A DNA stretch of 64,000 nucleotides from an uncultured Acidobacteriota bacterium (GTDB taxonomy: Bacteria; Acidobacteriota; UBA6911; RPQK01; JAPXNP01), in contig CAVZRV010000010.1 of NCBI GenBank assembly GCA_963777605.1, forward strand, positions 512,001 through 576,000, in the 5' to 3' direction. Numbering within the stretch: position 1 is the stretch's first letter; each line of letters starts with the position of its first letter. Shown here one piece after another: positions 1 to 7,820 of the stretch. The notes under the pieces are model-generated. The model had not been told where the DNA came from. It saw only the letters and a list, made by a program, of their open reading frames with translations, and searched no databases. The translations under genes were made by a program, and so were the position numbers.

Positions 1-424
1 CGTAGCGCAGAAGATAGCCCTCATGAAAGGCCCTGGAAGCCCAGTCGGCGGCTTGCTTGGCGGCAAGGAAGAAGAGGATCTTTCGGAAGATCCCCTTGAG
101 GAGAGCCCCCAGAAAGCGTATCGGCAGGATGACGGCGAGAAAGAAGAACTTGTAGAGGCATGCCCCCGCCTGCATCCCGTCCCGTTCACCGGCAAGAATG
201 CGCAGCCCGGTACGGCTCGCTACTGCCCTCCGCTCTCGCAGGAGTTCCACGAACATGCGTCGCCGGACCCAGTTGAATATCCAGTCATCCAGAAGCGGAA
301 TCGGAACCAGGGCGGCAGCACCTGCCAGGAGACCGTAGAATACGATCCTTTTGAGGCCGTCCTGGGACCGCCGCAAATCGGGTAATCTTCTATTTACGCT
401 CGGAGTCGCGCTTCCATCATTCAC
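1..424 (-). CDS. Hypothetical membrane protein, truncated by the window edge; last visible gene of the peptide-ligase operon
   Basis: Not in the ORF track. Manual translation from a GTG at 424 that overlaps the upstream TGA (GTGA): MNDGSATPSVNRRLPDLRRSQDGLKRIVFYGLLAGAAALVPIPLLDDWIFNWVRRRMF...FFFLAVILPIRFLGALLKGIFRKILFFLAAKQAADWASRAFHEGYLLRY. The frame stays open to the edge and has two hydrophobic segments. Confidence 0.7.
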   Translation of the reverse strand, partial: MNDGSATPSVNRRLPDLRRSQDGLKRIVFYGLLAGAAALVPIPLLDDWIFNWVRRRMFVELLRERRAVASRTGLRILAGERDGMQAGACLYKFFFLAVILPIRFLGALLKGIFRKILFFLAAKQAADWASRAFHEGYLLRY

Positions 425-1131
425 TGGAACACCCAGATCAACGAATTCCTCAGTCCTTCCGCAAGCACTCGCCGGAATTCCGGCATGTCGGGCATCCGTC
501 TCAGCAGCCAATCCTGGTTGACCTCGATTTCGATTCCCACGTACCTGTTACCCAGTTCCTTCCTGAGGGTGACCACGAACCCGTCTGCGGTCCCTCGGTA
601 AGGATAATTCCGCCGGAGTCTGACCGGCAGGGCCCCTAACCGCAAGGAGTCGATCCAGGCATCGGCCAGTCTCTTTTCCAGCGGGCGACTCGGATCGTAA
701 AGCACTCCAATATCAGCATTTCGGACCACTCCGTTCAGCTCCGGAACGAATGAATGGACAGAGACGTGAACTACCTGTCCCAGCCTCTCCTGGACTTCCC
801 GGAGGATTGCCTCCACGCGAGACCGGTAGGGTACGTAGTAGATGCCTGAAACTCTTTCTTTGAGACTTTCGGGCAGCGGTCGGGTCACCTCAGAGAAGCG
901 CCCCCGGTGTCGAAGAGACCGGTTAAGGTCGACCAGAAGTCGAGTCGTTCTCGCGATCAGACAAGAGCAGGACAGCGCCGAACTGAGCGACTCAGCCAAC
1001 TCCGCCGCACCCGGATCAAAGCCACGGTGGCTCTCAAGGAGCTCCCTTCTGCCCGCGAACAGATATTGAAATTCTTCAGGAACTTCGTTGCCACCGTGTT
1101 CACAGCTAATGACGAGGGGCAAGTCGCGCAT
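421..1131 (-). CDS. N-formylglutamate amidohydrolase family protein
   Basis: Motifs SCEHGGN, SHRGFDPGA, TRLLVDLNRS, HVSVHSF, RRNYPYRG, GIEIEVNQ. Start moved to the ATG at 1131. Confidence 0.85.
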   Translation of the reverse strand: MRDLPLVISCEHGGNEVPEEFQYLFAGRRELLESHRGFDPGAAELAESLSSALSCSCLIARTTRLLVDLNRSLRHRGRFSEVTRPLPESLKERVSGIYYVPYRSRVEAILREVQERLGQVVHVSVHSFVPELNGVVRNADIGVLYDPSRPLEKRLADAWIDSLRLGALPVRLRRNYPYRGTADGFVVTLRKELGNRYVGIEIEVNQDWLLRRMPDMPEFRRVLAEGLRNSLIWVFQ

Positions 1132-2356
1132 CGAAGAGTTCTCCCTTTGCCAGGGCAGTGGCAAGCCGGAGGTACACTCGGGAGATCGCCTCGCGGCTGC
1201 TGTTGCCTGCGAGCGCGGCGACGATGCGCTCTGCGAGGGTCTCCACTGAGATCAGGGCCCCGATTTCTTCAGCCGCAGCGTTATCCAGCCGGTCGGCGAC
1301 TCCTTCGAATATGGCTCTCCATAAATCGCGGGCCCTCAATGGCCCTTTGTCGCCCACGCCAAGGGCTTCCAGGTAGTCAATATTTCCGATCACATACTGC
1401 CCGCCCTGCCGAACAGTTCCTTCGAGAATCTCCAGAAGCGGTGGAATCTCCCAATCCTGCTGGGAAGCCCAGGTTGACCAACGCTCCTCCACCAGACCCT
1501 CCAGGAGCTCCACGATCAGACGATAGACGGCCAGGTCCGCCGTCGGGGACTCCTGGATATCGAGGACGCGAATCTCGATCGCGTTGCGGTCAAACCTCGG
1601 GATTGCTCCCCGCGAGTTGAGCCATTCGAACTGCAGAATCCCTTCCGGGTCATGGGGGGAGATGTCCCGGTAGATTCGAGACAGTATCCGGTTTTGATAC
1701 TCGTCGGGAGTAAACACGGCCTCCGGAATCACCAAACCGGTGATCGAGGGAACCCGTCGCTGATTCGTCCGGTAAAAGGAGAGGCGGTTGTCCGCCAACC
1801 CGGTGACTCTGCCGTCCACAATCGGAGAACTCGCCGCCAGGGCCGGAATGATGGGCAGCGCCAGACGAATCGCCGCATGGAGGCGACCAAACTCCTGGTC
1901 GTCCCCGAAAGGGAGGTTCATGTGAAGGCTTTGCAGGTTCGACCATCCGTGGCCTTGGCATCCAAAAATCCGGTTGTACGATTCATATACCGGGCTGTAC
2001 TCATGCGGCCACAGGGAGGCCTCCACAATGGGATTCATCCAGGGGTGCATAGCAGTCGGCATAAGACAGCAACCCCATTCCGCCAGAATCGAATTTGCCT
2101 GTTCAACCCCCGCCTGGAACTGAGCGTCCAGACCGTCCAGCGTTGCAGAGGGCCCGTTGGTCTTCAACTCAATAACATGAAGCACGAGTTCGTTGCACCA
2201 GGCGACCGGGCCAAGTTCGACTTCGGACACGTAACTGCCGGCTACCGCCTTCAGCAGTTCGTCGGAAACAGGGGCCACCGAGAGTTCGGCGCTGCGGACG
2301 ATCATGTACTCGAGTTCGACACCAAAGCCCTGGAAAAGGCCGAGGGGAGACGTCAA
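1106..2356 (-). CDS. Glutamate-cysteine ligase family 2 (GCS2) carboxylate-amine ligase
   Basis: Motifs FGVELEYMIV, NELVLHVIELKT, PTAMHPW, NLQSLHMN, ALAASSP, RFDRNAIEIRVLD. Confidence 0.85.
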   Translation of the reverse strand: MTSPLGLFQGFGVELEYMIVRSAELSVAPVSDELLKAVAGSYVSEVELGPVAWCNELVLHVIELKTNGPSATLDGLDAQFQAGVEQANSILAEWGCCLMPTAMHPWMNPIVEASLWPHEYSPVYESYNRIFGCQGHGWSNLQSLHMNLPFGDDQEFGRLHAAIRLALPIIPALAASSPIVDGRVTGLADNRLSFYRTNQRRVPSITGLVIPEAVFTPDEYQNRILSRIYRDISPHDPEGILQFEWLNSRGAIPRFDRNAIEIRVLDIQESPTADLAVYRLIVELLEGLVEERWSTWASQQDWEIPPLLEILEGTVRQGGQYVIGNIDYLEALGVGDKGPLRARDLWRAIFEGVADRLDNAAAEEIGALISVETLAERIVAALAGNSSREAISRVYLRLATALAKGELFDARLAPRH

Positions 2357-3819
2357 GAGGCGACTCCTTTAAGGCGGTCCAACCGGGAACTGAAAACGGA
2401 CAGGATTTTCGTGTAAAGCTGATCCTTGAGAAGCGCATCTTCGTAGCCAGCATCCACACTCGGGTTGTCGTTCACCTCGATAACAACAGCTTTGTCGCCG
2501 ATCTCCTTCAAGTCGACTCCATAGAATCCGTCACCTATCAAACCAGCCGCTTTCAGGGCCGTGCCCACCACGAGTGCCGGGGCCTCTTCAATTGGCACCG
2601 CTTCAACCCGACCGTACTCACTCCGACCCTCTCCCGCAGATTTGATTATTTGCCAGTGCCTGCGTGCCATATGATACCGGCAGACATAGATCGGTTCGCG
2701 GTTGATGATCCCGACACGCCAGTCGAAGGCGGTGGGCACGAATTCCTGAGCAATTACAAGTTCAGATCGGTCGAGGAGGCGATCCAGCTGCGTCTGCAGT
2801 TCTTGGGGCGTTTCCGCCTTGGAGACCCCTTGTGAAAATGAACTGTCCGGCTGCTTGAGAATACAGGGGAACCCAAGGGCGTCGGCAACCTGCCCGGGAG
2901 CGCTGCGGCTGACCACGAGGGTACGCGGCACTGGAATACCATGCCGAACAAGCAACTCGGCCAGGTAAACCTTGTTCGTACATCGCAGGATTGAATCCGG
3001 GTCGTCAATCACGACGAGGCCTTCAGCGCTTGCTCGTCTGGAGAAACGATACGTGTAGTGATTGACGTTGGTGGTGTCTCGAATGAAGAGTGCGTCGAAC
3101 TCTGCCAAACGCCCGAAGTCCTCCCGGGTGATTATCTCAACCGAAAAGCCAAGATCCTCGGCAGCTGAGACAAAGCGGCGGATCGCTCTCTCGTTGGAGG
3201 CGGTAGGACCCGCAGATGGGTCCCAGAGAATGGCAAGGTCGTAACGGGTCGCCGTCTTTCGCGGAACGCGAATTCCCGGTGCGGAGAGGTATTCCTGGGC
3301 GGCGTCTGCTACAAATGAACGATGGTCCTGCGGCACTTCGCTGACCCCGATCAGGCTCAGATCCCTGAGTTCCCACTCGTCACTGAATCGGAACTTGGCC
3401 CGCAGCAAAGGAGCCTCGAACAATCGGAACAAGCTCCTGCTCAGTCGGTCATAACGCTTGGCAACGTTCTTGCCGAAGTAAATGCTCAAAACGAATTCGG
3501 ACGACCGGATCGGTCTCAGACTTCGCTGTATGATTTCATCAAGATCGTCGGAAATCGCCCGGAAAATTGCCTGTGTCTTCAAGTCCTGAATCGTGGCGAC
3601 GGTGGGGATCGGCTTGTGGCCCCGGGCCTGCGCCAGTAGGGAGACGTAGTAGCCCAGACTCTGGTACCGGTAGCTCCGACACAGGTTGAACACCTTTAAC
3701 CGACGGACACGGCTAAATTCAGGGTTGGTCAGGTAGGATCGGGCCGAGATGATCTCAACACCGGGGATATCCAAGGTCCAGTTTGCCGGGTTTTGAACTA
3801 CCAGGATCGCATTGCTCAC
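2353..3819 (-). CDS. RimK-family ATP-grasp ligase with N-terminal RLAN domain
   Basis: N-terminal NLCRSYRYQSLGYYVSLLAQARGH (RLAN). ATP-grasp motifs CTNKVYL, ILKQPDSSFSQGV, QEFVPTAFDWRVG, GVDLKE, IEVNDNP. Confidence 0.9.
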   Translation of the reverse strand: MSNAILVVQNPANWTLDIPGVEIISARSYLTNPEFSRVRRLKVFNLCRSYRYQSLGYYVSLLAQARGHKPIPTVATIQDLKTQAIFRAISDDLDEIIQRSLRPIRSSEFVLSIYFGKNVAKRYDRLSRSLFRLFEAPLLRAKFRFSDEWELRDLSLIGVSEVPQDHRSFVADAAQEYLSAPGIRVPRKTATRYDLAILWDPSAGPTASNERAIRRFVSAAEDLGFSVEIITREDFGRLAEFDALFIRDTTNVNHYTYRFSRRASAEGLVVIDDPDSILRCTNKVYLAELLVRHGIPVPRTLVVSRSAPGQVADALGFPCILKQPDSSFSQGVSKAETPQELQTQLDRLLDRSELVIAQEFVPTAFDWRVGIINREPIYVCRYHMARRHWQIIKSAGEGRSEYGRVEAVPIEEAPALVVGTALKAAGLIGDGFYGVDLKEIGDKAVVIEVNDNPSVDAGYEDALLKDQLYTKILSVFSSRLDRLKGVAS

Positions 3820-3822
3820 CGC

Positions 3823-4548
3823 CTACGGCACCTCCCGACGGGTGATCACGAGGAGGTTCGCGTCGTAAGTGAGCGTCCCCAGCAGGATTGAAGAAATCAC
3901 CCGATTGATATCCATGTCGTAGAACTGCGAGTTGAAAAGCGGGTTAGGATGAAGCGGATCAGCGATACGCACCTTATGCTGTGAACCGAGAAAGCTGCAA
4001 AGAATCACAAAGTGGCCGGCCGGTTCCCCGCGGACATCGTCATAGTCATCATCGATCTCACGCGAACAGTTGTACAGATAGGTGGCACTCAAGCCAGTCA
4101 AAATCGGAGTACCTTGGGACAGAATCCGTTGCAGCAAGTCAGCTGTCAAGTCCTCGAATCGAACAATTCCTCCCTCTTCAAGGAACGACTGGTACTCCGA
4201 CATGATCTTTCTTAGCTTTCGCCCCGACTTGACCCTCTCCTGCTGACCCAGTTTATCAATCAGCCGAACCGAAAGGTCGCTGAACCAGGTGGGGTCAAAA
4301 AGCTGCAGATTGTACGTGTAAATTGTGGCGTCAAACCCTGACCGAAGGGCGTGATTACCCAGGGTAACAGCAACGGTTCCTCCACCCTCCAACTGTTCAA
4401 TCTCGTGGATCAATTCGCCCAGTTCGACTTCCTTCCCGTAGTGCCCATAAATTCCGTGAAGGCAGGTCGGGCCGCACGTCCGATCGTCCGGTTGGGGCAG
4501 GATTTCCAGGTGGATTTGGTGATAGAAGGTGCTTGGCTTCGAGGACAA
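3823..4548 (-). CDS. C39-like (papain-fold) cysteine peptidase
   Basis: QPDDRTCGPTCL (Q..C), GHFVIL (H) and IADP (D). A TTG start at 4548 is preceded by GGGAG. Confidence 0.75.
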   Translation of the reverse strand: MSSKPSTFYHQIHLEILPQPDDRTCGPTCLHGIYGHYGKEVELGELIHEIEQLEGGGTVAVTLGNHALRSGFDATIYTYNLQLFDPTWFSDLSVRLIDKLGQQERVKSGRKLRKIMSEYQSFLEEGGIVRFEDLTADLLQRILSQGTPILTGLSATYLYNCSREIDDDYDDVRGEPAGHFVILCSFLGSQHKVRIADPLHPNPLFNSQFYDMDINRVISSILLGTLTYDANLLVITRREVP

Positions 4549-4566
4549 ACCGATACTCCCAGTGGG

Positions 4567-4572
4567 ATTATA
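4567..4572 (-). promoter_or_regulatory. Candidate -10 box (TATAAT) for the peptide-ligase operon
   Basis: Perfect TATAAT just upstream of the GGGAG RBS. No consensus -35 is visible. Confidence 0.35.
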
Positions 4573-4603
4573 GACCGAAACTGGCGACCGCCGCGCGGGC
4601 GTA

Positions 4604-4790
4604 ATGGACTTTCGGCTCCGGTTTCGGAGCTTCAACGAGGTGCTGGATGGTGACGGGAAGGCAGTGCTTGCGAACGCGAGCGTGCAACTGATGTTCGGGT
4701 ACGCTCTCTACTTGCCGGAACTGAACAGCGCAGCGGACCTCCTCCGGACTGCAGACCAACGCATGTATGAAGACAAAATGAAAGGTCGGC
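4604..4790 (+). pseudogene. Remnant of a GGDEF domain C-terminus
   Basis: VQLMFGYALY...AADLLRTADQRMYEDK resembles the GGDEF terminal strand and helix (S.G.A.yp...lL..AD..MY..K). The GGDEF motif itself is absent. Confidence 0.55.
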
Positions 4791-4840
4791 TTGCCCCGCT
4801 AGCCCGGGGGCGTCCTTCCAGCGGGCTCGTCCGACCTGCG

Positions 4841-4870
4841 TTGACGGCCTCAGAGTCCCTCATCTATGCT
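4841..4870 (+). promoter_or_regulatory. Sigma70-like promoter for the amrS operon
   Basis: TTGACG (4841-4846), 18-bp spacer, TATGCT (4865-4870). Confidence 0.5.
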
Positions 4871-4966
4871 GGTCAGTGTAGATCAGACCAAGTGCCCCGG
4901 TAACGGAGCTTCGCTGATGAGGTGCCTGACCGTTACACCGGGCGGCTTGGGAACGGAGCGCGAGTC

Positions 4967-6251
4967 GTGGATTCGAAGTCGAAGGGAGAGGAACCCCGGC
5001 CGGCCGGGTGGCACACCCGTCGAGAGTTTCTGGAGGCACTGGTTCCGGCTACCTGTGCCACCTGTCTCGCTACGATGTTGCCCGGACACGTCTTGGCCAG
5101 GGCGGCGACGAAGTCTGGATCGACACCCGAAACAATCTTCGAGATCCTCAGAAACGCGCCCGAGGCACGTTACTGGATTGCCCCCGGAGATGCCCCGTCC
5201 TCCTGCCGCGGCTGTCACGACCCGGGCGACGGCATCAATCTTCAGACGGCCCACGATCACAAGGAGCATCCCGTGCAGTGCCAACTCTGTGCACGCCAGT
5301 GCCTGATCTTCGAAGGTGAACGCGGGATGTGTCGATCCCGCATGAACGTCGGAGGCAAACTGAGAAGCCTGGTTTACGGCCGCCCCGCCGCAGTCCACGT
5401 TGATCCCATTGAGAAGAAGCCCTTCTACCACTTCCTTCCCGGCGCGATGGCCTTCTCTCTGGCCACAACCGGGTGTCCGCTTCGCTGCAAATTCTGTCAG
5501 AACTGGGAACTTTCCCAGTCCAGCCCCGAGGACTACAGCGTGTCTTTCACCCCGCCCGACCTGGTCGTTTCGGCCGCCAGGGATCGAAAGACCCCGGTGA
5601 TCGCGTTCACCTACAACGAACCGACTGTGTTCATTGAGTACCTCACGGACATCGCCCGGAAGGCCCGCAAGAGAGGAATGGCATCCGTCCTGGTGAGCTG
5701 CGGGTTCATGGCTGAAGAACCGCTTGCCGAGATGTGCGAAGTCCTCGACGGCATCAAGATCGACCTGAAGGGTTACGGCGAGGACTTTTACCGGGAGGTC
5801 TGCGGTGCCCATCTGGGACCGGTCCTGCGCTCGATCAAGCAGATCTCCCAGAGTGGAGTCCACCTCGAGATCGTTAACCTGGTGGTGCCAACCCTGAATG
5901 ACTCGGAACCGATGCTTCGGGAGCTTTCCAACTGGATCGTCGGCGAATTGGGGCCCGACGTACCGATCCATTTCACCCGGTTTCACCCCGACTATCGCCT
6001 GCTGAACCTGCCTCCGACCCCGAGTCTCGACACTGGAAAGGGCTTACGGGATCGCCCGCGCAGCCGGCATTCACTATCCCTACGTGGGCAACGTCCCCGG
6101 GCACCGCGGAGATAACACTTACTGTCCGCGATGCGGGACAGAACTGATCACCCGGAGCGGGTTCTTCGTCGTCGAATCGAAGATCAAGAACGGGCGCTGC
6201 TCCTCCTGCGACTTTCCGATCGCCGGAGTCTGGACCCGAGAAAGTCAGTGA
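4967..6251 (+). CDS. amrS: AmmeMemoRadiSam radical SAM enzyme with a Tat-type leader and CxxCH insert; +1 frameshift at about 6023
   Basis: CQLCARQC, DPIEKKPFYHF, radical SAM motif CPLRCKFCQNWELSQ, AFTYNEP, IHFTRFHP. Removing A6023 restores ...PTPVSTLERAYGIARAAGIHYPYVGNVPGH..NTYCPRCG...CSSC..IAGVW, ending at TGA 6251. GTG start at 4967 follows GGAG. Confidence 0.9.
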
Positions 6252-6254
6252 AAC

Positions 6255-7820
6255 ATGCGTCACCTCTGGCTGTGCGCTCTTGCCTTATCCCTCGTGCTCA
6301 CGGCTGAATTCTGCACTGCCGCCGACGATGATATCCGTCCATCGGCGGTTTCCGGTCAGTTCTACCCGGCAGATCCTGCAGTACTCAGGGAAACCGTCGA
6401 TTCGTTCCTGTCGGCAAGCCACAAGAAAGTCGGTGGCAAACCATTTCTCATCGTCTGCCCCCACGCAGGCTACGCCTATTCGGGCAAGGTCGCAGCCGCG
6501 GCATTCAAAGAGGCGGCGGGAAACCGTTACGACCTGGTCATCATCCTCGGCACCAACCACACCACGGCGGGGTTCAACAAGGCAGCGGTCTTCGTCGGCG
6601 ACGGGTTTGAGACGCCGCTCGGGGTTGCGAAGGTCGATCGTTCGGCCGCCTCGCAACTGCTCGATTCTGACTCCATCTTCACCGAGTTCGCCGCGGTTCA
6701 CCGGGCCGAGCACTCCATCGAGGTGCAAGTGCCTTTCATCCAGGTACTTTTTCCCGGCGTTCCGATCGTTCCAATCGTGGTATCGACTACTGATCTTTCC
6801 GACTGCGAGCACATCGGAAGAGAACTTGCCCGGCTTTCAAGAGACCGGTCGGTTTTGATCGTGGCGAGTTCCGATCTTTCCCACTACCCCCGATACCAAG
6901 ACGCAGAGAAGGTCGATCACAAGACCCTCGATCTGATCGTTCAGGAAGACGTCAAGGCACTCCATCGTTACCTGACGCGGATTCCGGGAAGCGCTCCGTC
7001 GCTGGTTACCGGCGCCTGCGGGGAAGGGCCGATCCTGGCGGGGATATGTGCAGCCCGCACACTCGGAATCGAACACGGCATCCAGATAGCGTACGCCAAC
7101 TCGGGGGATCTCCTCCCCGGTAGCCGCGACCGGGTTGTCGGCTACGGAGCAGTGGCGTTCCTTTACAGTGCCCCGGCCGGTAGTACCCCGGCCGTCGATC
7201 CTGCCGTTCCGCCAGCGCCTTCTGATGGGCGAAACAAACCAGGGCCGTCCAGCGAAACGCTCGACAGCAACACGAAGCGCGCTCTCCTGCGACTGGCTCG
7301 CCGGGCCATTACCGAGTTCGTCACGAGCGGACGAGACTTCGAGGAAATGACCGGGAAAACGAAGATTTCGTTTCGGGCGGGCGCGTTCGTCACTCTTCGC
7401 GAGAACGGCCGATTGAGAGGTTGCATCGGCCGGCTGGAGCCCGACCTGCCGCTCGAGGAAGTCATCGCCCGGTACGCAGTCTACGCAGCAACGCAGGATC
7501 CCCGCTTCAACCCGGTCAGGCCGGCCGAAGTGAAGCAGTTGGATATCGAGATCTCAGTGCTCAGCACTCCCAGGCCGGTGCCCGGTTTCCAGGCCATCCG
7601 AATCGGTCGGGACGGTGTAGTGCTGACGAAGGACGGGCACTCAGCCACGTTCCTTCCCCAGGTCGCCGACGAACAGCACTGGAGTCGTAACGAAATGCTC
7701 TCCAACCTCTGTCTGAAGGCCGGACTCGAGGAAAACTGCTGGACCGAGGGTGCCCGATTCGAAACTTACCAGGCAACCGTGTTCAGCGAAACCGATCTTG
7801 CGCCCGAGACGCCACGTTGA
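6255..7820 (+). CDS. amrB: AmrB (Memo-like)-AmrA (AMMECR1) fusion with Sec signal peptide
   Basis: IRPSAVSGQFYP, PHAGYAYSG, EHSIEVQ, SSDLSHY, VVGY; then GAFVTL, LRGCIG, DPRF, ATFLPQVA, LCLKAG. Hydrophobic N-terminal leader. Confidence 0.92.
   Translation: MRHLWLCALALSLVLTAEFCTAADDDIRPSAVSGQFYPADPAVLRETVDSFLSASHKKVGGKPFLIVCPHAGYAYSGKVAAAAFKEAAGNRYDLVIILGTNHTTAGFNKAAVFVGDGFETPLGVAKVDRSAASQLLDSDSIFTEFAAVHRAEHSIEVQVPFIQVLFPGVPIVPIVVSTTDLSDCEHIGRELARLSRDRSVLIVASSDLSHYPRYQDAEKVDHKTLDLIVQEDVKALHRYLTRIPGSAPSLVTGACGEGPILAGICAARTLGIEHGIQIAYANSGDLLPGSRDRVVGYGAVAFLYSAPAGSTPAVDPAVPPAPSDGRNKPGPSSETLDSNTKRALLRLARRAITEFVTSGRDFEEMTGKTKISFRAGAFVTLRENGRLRGCIGRLEPDLPLEEVIARYAVYAATQDPRFNPVRPAEVKQLDIEISVLSTPRPVPGFQAIRIGRDGVVLTKDGHSATFLPQVADEQHWSRNEMLSNLCLKAGLEENCWTEGARFETYQATVFSETDLAPETPR

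Noticed and set aside
23-385. Plus-strand 120-aa ORF
   Set aside because: It is antisense to a better-supported, translationally coupled minus-strand gene.
4894-4943. Hammerhead ribozyme or fluoride riboswitch suggested by CTGATGA
   Set aside because: There is no GAAA core or NUH cleavage triplet in the right place, and no GGCGATGG-type 5' element.
6015-6030. Programmed ribosomal frameshift in amrS (and in mscL or uxaE)
   Set aside because: No slippery heptamer is present, these families are not known to be recoded, and sequencing error is more parsimonious.
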